Shown here piece by piece: positions 13,011-25,110 of a stretch of 64,000 nt of DNA. The DNA comes from Mustelus asterias (lineage: Eukaryota). How positions within the stretch are numbered: position 1 is the first letter of the stretch; each line of letters opens with the position of its first letter. Position numbers and translations under genes: made by a program. The notes under the pieces were generated by a model, which made no database searches, was not told the origin of the DNA, and worked only from the letters and a program-made list of their open reading frames with translations. The DNA is taken from positions 16,306,001 through 16,370,000 of the forward strand of contig NC_135813.1 of NCBI RefSeq assembly GCF_964213995.1, read 5' to 3'.

Positions 13011-13328
13011 ATCATAGAGTCCTACAGTGCAGAAGGAGGCCATTCAGCCCATCGAGTCTGCAACCACAATTTCACCCAGGCCCTATCACCATAACCCCAT
13101 GCATTTATTCTAGTAAGTTAGTCCTCCTGATACCAAGGGGGAATTAGGCATGGCCAATCCACCTAACCCGCACATCTTTGGATTGTGGGAGGAAACCGGA
13201 GCACCCGGAGGAAACCCACGCAGACACGAGGAGAATGTGCAAACTTCACACAGACAGCGACCCGAGGCTGGAATCGAACCCGGGTCCCTGGCGCTGTGAG
13301 GCAGCAGTGCTAACCACTGTGCCGCCCC
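13011..13328 (-). mobile_element. HE1-type SINE inserted into an old minus-strand CR1 3' end (about 12938-13580)
   Basis: Full head, V-domain and tail in reverse orientation; CR1 tail sequence resumes on both sides. Confidence 0.88.
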
Positions 13329-14071
13329 TGATCTTAGCCTCAACTTCATTACCTCACTACATCATAACCCTTGACCCTCCCTATGGTTAAAGCATCTGTC
13401 CAATGTAGCCTTGAATATATCCACTGACTCTATCTCCAAAGAATTCCAAAGACTCACAACTATGTGAAATAAGAAATACCTCCTCATCTCCATTTTAAAT
13501 GGATGACACTTTATTTTGAAAATATACCCCTAGTTCTTCATTCCCCCACAGGGGGAAACAGCCTCTCTGCATCTACCTGAGTAGATCTCAGTTTAAAAAT
13601 CACATCGTTGAGTTGAGAAATCACTTTTACTACCTAGTCAAATTTAATATCTGTGGGGAATTCCAACTCCACCGTTGCCAGAAGCCCGATGGCAGAGCTT
13701 CCAATTTGTTAGGAAAGATTTCAGTTGCTGTGAGCAATATCATACTCTCAACTGAAAGCAAAATGGGAAAAAATATCAAGGAGCATTTGAATGTGATTCC
13801 AAAAAACATAAACATTAAAGTTTTTAAAGCCTTCAGAGTTTGCCTCCAAGCATTCCCTTACTTGTTTTAATTAAGTTATTTGATATTTTGTTTTTCCTTA
13901 TACTTCCTCCTCGGGGTTATAAAACAAAACCATGTTCTCACTAAACATAGCTTAAAGCAGCGGAGGCGTTTATGCAATTTGCAAGTCGACAAGTTGGGAC
14001 AAAGTGGTCAGGATTAGGAATGGAACCAGTGTAGGTTAATCTCCAGATCCTGTGGGTGAGGAATAAGACCC

Positions 14072-14290
14072 TAAGACATAGGAGCAGAATTAGGCCACTC
14101 GGCCCATCGAGTCTGCTCCGCCATTCAATCATGTCTGATACTTTTCTCATCCCCATTCTCCTGCCTTTTCCCCATAACCCCTGATCCCCTTATTAATCAA
14201 GAACCTATCTATCTCTGTCTTAAAGACACTCAATGACCCGGCCTCCACAGCCTTCTGCAGCAAAGAGTTCCACAGATTCACTACTCTCTG
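14072..14290 (-). mobile_element. CR1 LINE 3' end
   Basis: TAAGACATAGGAGCAGAATTAGGCCACTCGGCCC tail; resembles the 3' end of the copy at 36240-36335. Confidence 0.85.
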
Positions 14291-14302
14291 GGGTGATACA
14301 TT

Positions 14303-14606
14303 AGTTTATTTATTATTGTCACAAGTAGGCTTACATTTAACACTGCAATTAAGTTACTGTGAAAATCCCCTAGTCGCCACACTCCGGCGCCTGTTCGGGT
14401 ACACTGAGGGAGAATTTAGCACGGCCAGTGCACCTAACCAGCACGTCTTTCGGACTGTGGAAGGAAACCGGAACATCCGGAGGAAACCCACGCAGACACG
14501 GGGTAAATGGGCAGACTCCACACAGACAGTGACCCAGGCCGGGAATTGAACCCAGGTTCCTGGCGCTGTGATGCGGCAGTGCTAACCACTGTGCCACCGT
14601 GCCGTC
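14303..14606 (-). mobile_element. V-SINE with alternative 3' tail (..GTAAGCCTACTTGTGACAATAATAAA)
   Basis: Same head and V-domain as the HE1-type copies but a different tail; the same type occurs at 41815, 57686 and 61612. Confidence 0.88.
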
Positions 14607-14954
14607 CACACTTCTCAAAGTGTGAATATAATCAAAGTTGCCTCAGAACGCAAGGCCTGCAAGTGTTTTTTTTATGCGAGTGCGGGGAGGGAAATAAAAA
14701 CCTGTAGAAAGCCTTTCTTGAACTCTAAAGTTGGCACATGTGGTGCTTTTGAATTTTAAACTGCTGGAAGCAATGAATTGGGAACCAGCAATGTAGTGAT
14801 TGCAGCGGGGAGCCAGGTTACATTGCACTGGTGTTAAGAAACAAGTAAAATTAATTGTCCTTTTCAGTAATGCGTTGCACTGTTATTTGGCATCAATCTG
14901 ATGTGCTGTTGTTACTATTTATCAGCAACTTTCTTTTTCTTACTTGGTTTCTAG

Positions 14955-15063
14955 AATATTCTATGTATCGCATGATTCCCAGGATTTAAAGATATTCAGC
15001 TATATTGCCAGGGATGGCATCAGTAATACCTTCCGATGCAATGTGTTTAAATCCAAAAAAAAG
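14955..15063 (+). CDS. NOS1AP: NOS1AP-like exon (109 bp; [36 protein letters not shown])
   Basis: TTTCTAG acceptor, AAG|GTTTGA donor; highly conserved PTB core peptide; phase 2/0. Confidence 0.95.
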
Positions 15064-15258
15064 GTTTGAACCCTTTTCTTATATTTGGTGTGCATGTGTT
15101 TTATATTCAGTGTCGAACACAGGTCCGTTTTCATGAACAGGAGTTGTCAGAAGCAAAAAAACCTTTCTCCAAAAACACGAACTTGTTGCTGAAGTAAGAT
15201 TCCAATATTGAAGGCTGATAAAAGCTGAAATGGCTGGGGCTCTTTTCTCTAGGAAAGA

Positions 15259-15430
15259 GAATCATCGAATCCTACAGTGCAGTAGGAGGCCATTCGGCCC
15301 ATCGGGTCTGCACCGACCACAATCCCACCCCGGCCCCATCCCCACAACCCCATGCATCCATCCTAGCTAGTCCCCCTGACACTAAGGGGCAATTTAGCAT
15401 GGCCAATCCACCTAACCTGCACATCTTTGA
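15259..15430 (-). mobile_element. HE1-type SINE, 3' part
   Basis: GAATCATCGAATCCTACAGTGCAG..GGCCATTCGGCCC tail. Confidence 0.8.
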
Positions 15431-15751
15431 ACTAAAGGTGGGGACGAGGGGTGGGGGAACCTAATAGTGGTCTTTGTAATTACAAAAGCGTTAGGTAGGG
15501 TAGATGTGGAGAAGGTGTTGCCATCTTGGAAATTGGTGGCATAGATATAAGTTAGTTACTAATAAATCCAGTTCGGAATTCAGGAGAAATTTATTTTACT
15601 GAGAGAGTGGTTAAAATGTGGAACTTGCAACCGCATTGTGTAACTTACCCTAAATTTAAGGCTACAAGTCCCAAAATACAATAATCTAATCAATCTCACA
15701 ATTGCAGCGATTGAGAAAGGAATAGAAGGATGTGCCGATAGGGTGAGAAAG

Positions 15752-16232
15752 ATCATTACAGGAAGGATGTGGAAAAGATTGAAAGGGTGCAGAGGAGATT
15801 TACAAGGATGTTGCCTGGATTGGGTGGAATGCCTTATGAGGATAGGCTGAGGGAGCTCGGTCTTTTCTCCTTGGAGAGACGTAGGATGAGAGGAGACCTA
15901 ATAGAGGTATATAAGATGTTGAGAGGCATAGATCGGGTGGACTCTCAGAGGCTTTTTCCCAGGGTAGAAATGGTTACTATGAGAGGACACAGGTTTAAGG
16001 TGCTGGGGGGTAGGTACAGGGGAAATGTTAGGGGGAAGTCTTTCACACAGAGGGTGGTGGGCGAGTGGTGGTGGAGGCAAACTCAATAGGGTCTTTTAAG
16101 AGACTCCTGGATGAGTACATGGGACTTAATAGGATGGAGGGTTATAGGTAGGCCTAGAAGGTAGGGATATGTTTGGCACAACTTGTGGGGCCGAAGGGCC
16201 TGTTTTGTGCTGTAGTTTTCTATGTTTCTATG
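15752..16232 (+). mobile_element. CR1 LINE 3' end
   Basis: ORF IERVQRRFTRMLPGL..GLFSLERRRMRGDLIEVYK and tail TTCTATGTTTCTATG. Confidence 0.92.
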
Positions 16233-16287
16233 AGACGAAACAATGTGAGAGGAGACTCTGGAGCATAAACACCAGGGTAAAGGTCCA

Positions 16288-16369
16288 GCCTCAATGGCCG
16301 AGCGGTTAAGGCATTGGACTTGAAATCCAATGGGGTTTCCCCGTGCAGGTTCGAGCCGTGCTAGCAGCA
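16288..16369 (+). pseudogene. tRNA-Ser(TGA) pseudogene or tRNA-derived insertion
   Basis: TGGCCGAGCGGTTAAGGC D-arm, perfect TTGGA-CT-TGA-AA-TCCAA anticodon arm, long variable arm GGGGTTTCCCC and GGTTCGA; the acceptor stem has 3 mismatches and the T-stem has 1. Confidence 0.85.
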
Positions 16370-16982
16370 AGTTCACTAAATAATTAAATGTTAGGGTAGC
16401 CCTGCTGGGCCAAGCAACCTATTTATATTCTGTAAATCGGATGTACGTTCCTCAGTATTCACCCTGGTTTGCCTTTCTCAATGTGTGGACTCCAGCAGAG
16501 AGTGTCAGGCTGTCGAACCACAGGAAGTTCTGAATTGCAGCAGTTGTGTTTCCCACATTGCTGCTTTTTTTTTTAAAGAGTTGAATAAACAAGTCCATCT
16601 GTTCCTACACAACAGTGTACCTCAGCCCCTTCCACTGCTAGGCTGAGACTCCTCTCATCCAGGACCTTTGCAGCAAGCAAATGAGGCTCACTTCATTAAC
16701 TGGACTAGCTTTGAAGCTGGGTATCGCTGCACCCTGCTCTGTTACAACGAAATGCATTTCATAATTAGAAGCATAAAAAGTGGAATCAAATATATTTGCC
16801 ATGTTACTGTTTGGATCACATAATATTTGTCAATGTCCCATTGGTGAGATCAAATGTAATGTGCTACTCCGATCTTGTAGTTTTTAAAATGTAAATGATG
16901 GGATTCTAGCAAAATGGTAAAACGCTGTTCTGTTTGGATGATCTGCAAGTGTATCTACAGTTCACCAATCTTTCTGCCTCAG

Positions 16983-17124
16983 AGCCAAGCGATGCGAATT
17001 GTCCGTACAGTGGGACAGGCCTTTGAGGTCTGTCACAAGTTGAGTTTACAACACGCTGAACAGAATGCTGATGGGCAGGCGGACGGTGCAAGCGACAAGG
17101 CGACAGAAGAGCCATTCGCTGGAG
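16983..17124 (+). CDS. NOS1AP: NOS1AP-like exon (142 bp; [48 protein letters not shown])
   Basis: CTCAG acceptor, G|GTAAAG donor; PTB C-terminal helix [17 protein letters not shown]; phase 0/1. Confidence 0.96.
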
Positions 17125-17489
17125 GTAAAGTCAGCCTTTCCAACGCAATCCTTCCCCTCTGGGAGATACCTTGATGTCCATCTGGCAGGTGTAGCTGCCC
17201 AGTGATGTTAGGTTCACTTAATGTGGTGGAACTAATGCTCCTTATTTGAATGTTTGATTTCAGCTGTGTGGAGCTGCTGTTCAGCATCGGTACTTTGGAA
17301 ATGGAGTGTAGGTCAGTGTTCTGAGCGAAGCAGAAAGAAAATACACTCCCGAAAATTGGCAGCAGTAATTTCCAGATGGCGAACTCAACATTACTATAAA
17401 AATAGAACTGACAGTTGTTGATGAAATACAGAATAAACTTACTTGGAACAACATTGTGCACTGTCCTGGTCTCCATATTATAAAAAGAA

Positions 17490-18440
17490 TACAGTGGCAT
17501 TCGAGAAACTAGAAAAGAAAGATTTACAATGATGATCCTGTAACTGAGATGTTAAACCTATCAGGAAAGACTGAACATGCTGGAGATTTTTTAATCTATA
17601 AAAGGGAGAAACTAAGGGGAAACCTGTTGGAGCCCTTTAAGATAACAAAAAGGTTTTATAGGGTAGGCATAGAGAAGATGTTTCCACTTGTGATGTAACC
17701 CAAAACTAAAGGTAATCAGTATAAGATTGTCAATACTCAATTCAGTAAGGAATTTGGGAGGAATGTCTTTACCCAGTGAATGGCTAGAATGTGGAGCTTG
17801 CTATGTCGAGAAGTAATTGAGGTGAATACTGTGAACATATTTTTGAAAAATTCATTTATGGGATGTGGGTATTGCTGGATAGGTCAGCATTTACTGCTCA
17901 TCCCTAGTTGCCCTTCAGAAGGTGGTGGTGAGCTGCCTTCTTACACCGCTGCAGTCTCTGAGATGTAGGTACACCCACAGTGCTGTGAGGGAGAGAGTTC
18001 CAGGATTTTGACCTACCGAAGGAAAAGGAACGGCGATATATTTCCAAGTTAGGATAGTGGTGTTCCCAGGTATCTGCTGCCCTTGACCTAGATGGTAGCG
18101 GTCGTGGAAGATGCTGCCAAAGGAGCCTTGGTGAGTTCCAACAGTGCATCTTGTAGATGGTACACACTGCGGCCACTGTTCATTGGCAGTGGAGGGAGTG
18201 AATGTTTGTGAAAAGGATAGCAATCAAACGTGCTTCTTTGTCTTGCCTGATGTTGAACTTCTTGAGTGTTGTTGGAACTGCACTCAACCAGGCAAGTGGA
18301 GAGTATTCCATTACACTCTTGACTTGTGCCTTGTAGATGGTGGAGAGGCTTTGGGGGAATCAGGAGATGAGTTACTCACCGCAGGATTCCTAGACTTTGA
18401 CCTGCTTTGGTAGCCACAGTATTTATATGGCTGGTCCATT
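17490..18440. mobile_element. Degenerate LINE remnants: + strand CR1 (about 17490-17845) and a - strand CR1/L2-group 3' end (about 17855-18440)
   Basis: Decayed CR1 ORF2-like sequence; reverse tail GGGCAACTAGGGATGAGCAGTAAATGCTG and peptide KSWNSLP..GVPT..LQRCKKAAHHHLLKGN. Confidence 0.7.
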
Positions 18441-18609
18441 ATATGGCTGGAGCAAAAATACCAGCATGGACCACTGGGTCTTCTATGCTTTAGACTCCAT
18501 GTATCTCTGTATATATTCAACACTAATAATTGTTATGAGAAGTGTATCCGGTGCTCATTACTGGCCCCAGCTGCTTCAGCATTCTAATCTTCTCACTTTC
18601 TTTAACTAG

Positions 18610-18749
18610 GCCATCAGTTACCTGGAGCAGAGCAGAATGGGGTGATGGACAAGGATGTGGAATCCTACAGCACCAGGGAGTTACGGTGCAATGGAGTTGA
18701 ACTGGAAATCATTAACTCGACACAAACTCGTAAAGAAAGAAATGATCAG
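18610..18749 (+). CDS. NOS1AP: NOS1AP-like exon (140 bp; G-HQLPGAEQNGVMDKDVESYSTRELRCNGVELEIINSTQTRKERNDQ)
   Basis: Pyrimidine tract plus ACTAG acceptor, CAG|GTACTT donor; open frame bridging phase 1 to 0; the start resembles the GRQLTGAE of NOS1AP as recalled. Confidence 0.8.
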
Positions 18750-18942
18750 GTACTTTGATTAAGCAGGCTGACTATCCTTAGGATATAATTATTTTCTTCT
18801 TTCAATTTGATTCACACTGGACTAAAGGTTATCTTCCATGCTCATACTAAAAGTTCAAACAAATGAAGCCAATGTGATGGTGTCAACTGTTTGGAGACTG
18901 TGTTACACTTCAAAGTCTCAAAGTAAGAAATAATACAATGGT

Positions 18943-19295
18943 TGGCACGGTGGCACAGTGGTTAGCACTGCTGCCTCACAGCGCCGGAGACCTAGGTTCG
19001 ATTCCTGGCTTGAGTCACCGTCTGTGCAGAGTCTGCACACTCTCCCCGTGTCCACGTGGGTTTCCTCCGGGTGCTCCAGTTTCCTCCCACACTCCAAAGA
19101 TGTACAAGATGGGTGGATTGACCATGCTAAATTGCCCCTTAGTGTCCAAAGATGTGTAGGTTCAGTGGATTAGCTGTGATAAATGGTTACAGGGATAGGG
19201 TGGGGGAGGTACCTGGGTGGTATGCTCCTTGGCAGCGTCAGTGCAGATTTGATGAGCCGATTGGTCTCTTCTCTGCACTGTAGGGATTCTATGAG
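18943..19295 (+). mobile_element. HE1-type SINE, near full length
   Basis: GGCACGGTGGCACAGTGGTTAGCAC head through to the GGGATTCTATGA tail. Confidence 0.92.
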
Positions 19296-19591
19296 AATTC
19301 AAGTACATATCCTATAGCAGGGTGTCGGAGAGATACCCTGCAGACTCTTTGGATCCCAAACCTTGTGCCAATTTCTGCCTTCACATTTAACCATTCGCCC
19401 AATTTCAACAGCTTTGGACATTCATCTTTGGCTTATTTATAATCCACCAGTCAGCTGAGATTGAGAATTTTAAGGAACAAATTGCTGTGCTATTCTTAGG
19501 GAAGGTGGTTGGGGGAAATGGGGGAACCAAAGCAATCATTTGCAACAGTGCAGGAACAATAACCGGTAAGCAAAAAATGTCCAGAATCACA

Positions 19592-19796
19592 GGCCGGAAT
19601 TTTCTTGCTCTTCCCGCTGACGGCATTGTGCGGTCCAATGGTGATCCCCCCCTGCGGCACGTTCCCCGGTGGTAGATGGTGCAGGGCATGACAAACCCCA
19701 TAGAAATCAGGGGACCGGAGGATCCTGCCACTGGCCAATGGCAGGCCACATCCACCTTGGAAAATACGCCATCGTGGGGGCCATAAAATCCCACCC
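19592..19796. mobile_element. MITE-like element with imperfect TIRs GGCCGGAATTTT / AAAATCCCACCC
   Basis: Terminal inverted repeats of the same type as at 23331, 48558 and 63293. Confidence 0.6.
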
Positions 19797-20228
19797 ACAA
19801 TGTCTGTAGGCTCTTAATTGACTGTGCTCTGTGAAAACCAGGACTCTGCTATCTGGTCTGACTGGCAACTAACTCCTGAGTGAACCCACTCACTGCCTCC
19901 CTTGTTTAGTTATCAATTGGACTTTGTAGCTTCAAAGTGCCGCAAATCTACATTTTCAGGGCAGGGTTATTCTTTGGCCTACAAGCTAGTTCAGGCCTGC
20001 TTTTAGTTGTGAGATGAGCAGTGAGCGCAGAGTGCACACCAGATATCTGAGACCCTAAACGCACCCAAATCTGGGCAGTGAGGAGCTACAGGTGCCAGTC
20101 TGTAGATTTTAACCTGAGTTAAGTGTCACGCAAGCAGTGGCCCTCGGGTAAGTCCTGGGATTGGGAAGGAGTTGAGCATGGGCCAGCAGCAGCTTACAGT
20201 AATGTTGTGGAGCCAGTAGAAGAACTCC

Positions 20229-20410
20229 AATTGATGATTTCAAGAAGCAATTAGATATAGCTCGAGGGGCTAAAAGGATCAAGGGATATGGGGGGGAAGA
20301 TGGGATCAGGATATTGAATTTGATGATCAGCCATGATCATGATGAATGGCGGAGCAGACTCGAAGGGCCGAATGGCCTCCTCCTGCTTCTATTTTGTATG
20401 TTTCTATGAT
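20229..20410 (+). mobile_element. CR1 LINE 3' tail
   Basis: GAATGGCGGAGCAGACTCGAAGGGCCGAATGGCCTCCTCCTGCTTCT tail. Confidence 0.8.
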
Positions 20411-21079
20411 CATGTGGCTTAGGCCACGGAAGAAGCCAAAAGACCTGAGCCATGCCTGTTCCGCTCAGCAAAGGCCAATTTCCTCGTGAGCTTCTGAAAT
20501 TGGCTCCTGAACATCTATCCCAGGTACCAGGAATGTCCGATTATTCCCAAGCTAATCTGGCTTGGATGTATTTCATCTACCAAAAATGGCTGTGTGAAAC
20601 TGGGTCTTTCTGCTCACAACAGCAAAGCAGCCAACAAGGTCCAAGATTTGAGGTTTTGGGATTAAGCAGCGGCCGGAAGGAGGAGAAGAAGGTGAATTAA
20701 AGGCAGTGAATTTAATTTCAAATTAGATACAGACAGAGAAATAGAGGGAAAGAAAGATTAGATTCAGAAAGAGGACAGAAAGTGACAGAAAGAAGGAGTA
20801 AGGAAACTAAGTTAGATTTTACATTTGACATTTTAAAAATCTCTTAACAATCGATTCCGTGCAAAATAAGATAAAACAATATAAATTGTTCCCTTTCTGG
20901 GCCAGAGTAGTTGATTGGCATTACAAATACTGTTACGGCCTGGCCCTATCTTTCCGTGGCAGGCTTAATGTGCAAATCCTACGAGTTTTTATAAATAGCA
21001 TTATTTAATTATTAGTTCATGGAACTGATTTCTAATGAGAGGAATATTTTATCACAGGAAACACATTGGATAGGATCAC

Positions 21080-21534
21080 NNNNNNNNNNNNNNNNNNNNN
21101 NNNNNNNNNNNNNNNNNNNNNNNNNNNNNNNNNNNNNNNNNNNNNNNNNNNNNNNNNNNNNNNNNNNNNNNNNNNNNNNNNNNNNNNNNNNNNNNNNNNN
21201 NNNNNNNNNNNNNNNNNNNNNNNNNNNNNNNNNNNNNNNNNNNNNNNNNNNNNNNNNNNNNNNNNNNNNNNNNNNNNNNNNNNNNNNNNNNNNNNNNNNN
21301 NNNNNNNNNNNNNNNNNNNNNNNNNNNNNNNNNNNNNNNNNNNNNNNNNNNNNNNNNNNNNNNNNNNNNNNNNNNNNNNNNNNNNNNNNNNNNNNNNNNN
21401 NNNNNNNNNNNNNNNNNNNNNNNNNNNNNNNNNNNNNNNNNNNNNNNNNNNNNNNNNNNNNNNNNNNNNNNNNNNNNNNNNNNNNNNNNNNNNNNNNNNN
21501 NNNNNNNNNNNNNNNNNNNNNNNNNNNNNNNNNN
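21080..21534. other. Assembly gap (455 N)
   Basis: Run of N. Confidence 1.
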
Positions 21535-22094
21535 ATTCTAAGGTAAATTGATGCACCTTCATGTTCATTTGGTGAAAAGGTCTGTTAGATTTCTCAGGAA
21601 ATAAATGGGTGCTGAGGGAGCTCAGAACCTGTCGATTACAGGCTTGCTCCATTTGCTTTCAGGCTGTTTGATTCGTTGTTGGAGAGATTGGAAGAGTGAA
21701 CTCTACCAATAAATGAAACTTGCTGCAGCACCTCCATTCTGTACAGTATAGTGACTGGAACATGCCTTGTCCGTGTCACTGGCAAGGCAATGAGACTGAC
21801 ATTGGTTGTTCTTTTACTGGCTAACTCTTCAGTTTGTAAGGATTGTATCTCCAGTAGAGTAAATTTTTGACTTTCCTCGCCAACCAGGAAGCTCACCAAC
21901 TTCATCCAAAGCACACATCAAAAGTCTTGGCATCTGCTACAATTTCCAAGATATGCTGTGAAATGGCAAAGTTCCTTACCAAGAGTGTGAACTTAGATCA
22001 TTATTCTAATATGTTATAAGGCCTAACCTCTGGTGTTCTGGGAAGTGTTGTTCCCTGGTATGTCATGTTGCTCCACAGTTAATGTTACAGATGG

Positions 22095-22403
22095 ATAGAA
22101 TCATAGAATCCCTACAGTGCAGAAGAAAGCCATTCAGCCCATCGAGTCTGCCACGGATCACAATCCCACCCAGGCCTTAGTCTGGGTGGGATATTTACCC
22201 TGCTAATTCCCTGACACTAGGGTCAATTTAGCATGGCCAATCAATCTAATCTTTGGACTGTGGGAGGAAATTGGAGCACCTAGAGGAAACCCACGCAGGC
22301 ATGGGGAGAATGTGTAAACTTCACCCAGACAGTGACCCCAAGGCCAGAATTGAACCCGAGTCCCTGGCGCTGTGAGGCAGCAGTGCTAACCACTGTGCCG
22401 CCC
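22095..22403 (-). mobile_element. HE1-type SINE
   Basis: Head, V-domain and tail in reverse orientation. Confidence 0.9.
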
Positions 22404-22837
22404 AGATAGTACATAGCTTCTTTCCTTGGTGTTTTTGTTTATTGATTATCAGCTGTCCCTTCCCCTGTTTCCAGGTCCCTCAGTCTGTTTATATAATGCT
22501 GCACAGAGGGGGAGGACCATCCATAAAGTTTCACCGAATTGAATCTTACCCTCAGTATCTGGTCAAACTGCAGTCCAGCCTTTGGAAATGGATGCACCTG
22601 ACCTTTGCCCCCTCTCATGTGTGCACTGGATCAGTTCCCCCCTCACTAACGATACCTAACACAGTGTTAACATTAATGTATTTATAGGCTTTGGAAAGGA
22701 TGGGAAGGTTTGAGATGGTTAGTTTTTTTAAAGGTATTTTTGAAAGGTAATGGTGTCAGTATCTGAGGAGAGGGAGCCATTTATAATTAACATCAGGGAC
22801 AGGAAGTCAAGTTGGCTGGTCTTTTGTTTAATAGGTC

Positions 22838-23150
22838 ATTGAATCACAGAATCCCTGCAGTGCGGAAGGAGGCCATTCAGCCCATCAAGCCTGCACCGAC
22901 AACAAACCCACCCAGGCCCTATTTCCATAACCCCATGTGTTATCCTCTGCTAATAACCCCTGCTAATCACCCTGACACTAAGCTTGGCCAATCAACCTAA
23001 CCCACACATCTTTGGAATGTGGGAAGAGACCAGAGCACCCGGAGGAAACCCACGCAGACATGGGGAGAACGTGCAGACTGCACACAGACAGTTACCCAAG
23101 GCTGGAATTGAACCCGGGTCCCTGGCAGCAGTGCTAACCACTGTGCCACC
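22838..23150 (-). mobile_element. HE1-type SINE
   Basis: Head, V-domain and tail in reverse orientation. Confidence 0.88.
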
Positions 23151-23330
23151 TTGCTCCTTTGACGCCATTCCCAATTAGATGAGCTCAGATACAATACGAG
23201 GGAAGCTGAAACTGGAGGACAGTTGGGTCTTGGGTCTGGGGGAGGATTGAGGGTGGGTTTGATGGGCAAGGGAAGGGTATGAGCTCCAGAGACAGCTGAA
23301 TGAATAAGCATCGGGATTCTTATTAATGAT

Positions 23331-23452
23331 ATGGGGTGGCTTTTTCTGGTCCCGCCTGACTCAGGAATCATTGCAGGAGGGACAGAAAGTTTGACGGAAC
23401 CAGCAAACGATCTGTTCCCTCTGGCTGGGATGGGATTGGAAAATCCCCTCAT
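23331..23452. mobile_element. Short MITE-like element
   Basis: ATGGGGTGGCTTTTTC ... GAAAATCCCCTCAT imperfect TIRs. Confidence 0.5.
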
Positions 23453-23569
23453 TGGAGTTTGGACATAGAAGACAGTAGGGCTGGAAATCACAAGTGAATT
23501 ACTCTACTAAAGAATAGGCTTTTCTAAACAAGTTAGCCGTTTCATTGCTTTTAAAAACTCTTCTTCCAT

Positions 23570-24290
23570 ATGTGGGCATGGCTGGCATGGCCAGCATTTA
23601 TTGCCCATCTCTAATTGCCCTGAGAAGTTGGTGGTAACTCTGTTTCTTGAACGATGCAGTGTGGGTGCTTGCACAGTGCTCATAGGTAGAGAGTTCCAGA
23701 AGATTGACCTGGTAACAATCAAGGATTGCTGATGTATTTCCAATTCTGGAAGGGATCCTGGAAGTATTGGGGTATCTTCTGCTGTCCTTGCTTTTCCAGG
23801 CGGTGGAGGTTGTGATTCACTAGACTCATTCCTGGGATGAGGGCTTGCGTTATGAAGAAAGGTTGAACAGGTTGGGCCGATACCCATTTGAGAATGAGAG
23901 ATGATCTTACTGAAACATAGAAGATCCTGGGGGGACTTGATAGGTTGGATACCAGGAGGATGTTTCCACTTGCGGAAGAGGCTAGAACTCGGGGACAAAG
24001 TTTAAGAATACGGGGTCTACCATTTAAGATGAAGATGAGGAGAAATATTTTCTCTGGAGGATCATGTGCAATTCTGTCCCTTGGAAAGCAGCAAAGGATG
24101 GGTCATTGAATATATTCAGGGCTGAGTTAGTTAGTTTTGGAGAGACAAGGGAGTTAAAGAGTGGAGGTTGGGAGGCAATCAAGAGAGTGGTGTTGAGACA
24201 GTAATCAGATCAGCCGTTATCTCATTGAATAGCGGAACAGGCTCACAAGGCTAAATGGCCAATTCTGCTCTAAGTCCTATGTTCCCATGC
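23570..24290. mobile_element. Degenerate LINE remnants (- strand tail about 23570-23810; + strand CR1 3' end about 23825-24290)
   Basis: CAGCATTTATTGCCCATCTCTAATTGCCC reverse tail; decayed CR1 ORF2 end and AATGGCCAATTCTGCTC tail. Confidence 0.7.
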
Positions 24291-25110
24291 AGCCAATAGT
24301 GAAGAGGGTGGAATGTTCTGCCAGTGGATGGACTTTCAGTCAAGTGGACACTTTCCCCTGCCTCAGGCTGAGCGTCTTATCCTAAGTGTTGTTGCAACTG
24401 CAGCTATCCAAACAAGTGAACCAGAGATCATGTATGCCATGTATATCACACACTAATTAGAGAGAGATTAACTTGTTTAGTACTCTAATAGATCAATAAT
24501 GTCTGTGCAGTTTATTGCTGTAATGGTTTCACTGACAGTTTATTGCAGGTCCTTGGAACCTGCATTAATATTCCAGCGCTGCTACCGTAGGCAGCTATAG
24601 ATCGGGAGTGCCGTGACTATCCAATCTCTGTTAGTGGGCGCAGTTACCTCAGTGGGTGAGGATTTAGAAAATCTACCCTACCGCGCTATGGATTACATCC
24701 CCTTCCCACCTTCTACATTCAATGTATCAAAATTCCTCCCCCTTAATGTGGCGTATCTGTACAAACATTGTACATATGCCCATAAAACAGTGATGTTCAA
24801 TTTAGTACCCTGGGATTTTAATGTGCTATAAAGAGTCAGACACAGACTCTGGAATATTGCTGTGGCAGGGGGCTTGGAAACAACTCTGCAGAGCATTTCC
24901 TCAGGAAAATCAATCGATTGGATCAAGTCCCTGACAGCATGTATTGCACAAGTCCATTTATAATTACCAAGAATTCAACTCATGGGGGTAGGAATTGGTA
25001 CGCGTTCCACCAGTTTTTTGGGGGCATAGAGAAGGTGCAAAATGCAATGTAGCAGCAGTGTGAGGTGGCCTGCTCCCACTCGGTGCAGGGGTTAGTCCCA
25101 AGGCTTCAGT

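Noticed and set aside
16288-16369. Functional tRNA-Ser or a selenocysteine tRNA
   Set aside because: The anticodon is TGA (Ser), not TCA. The acceptor and T stems are mismatched and there is no oligo-T terminator directly downstream.
21019-21652. ORFs spanning the N run
   Set aside because: Artefacts of translating the gap. Exon phases on either side already match (0/0), although a hidden symmetric exon cannot be excluded.
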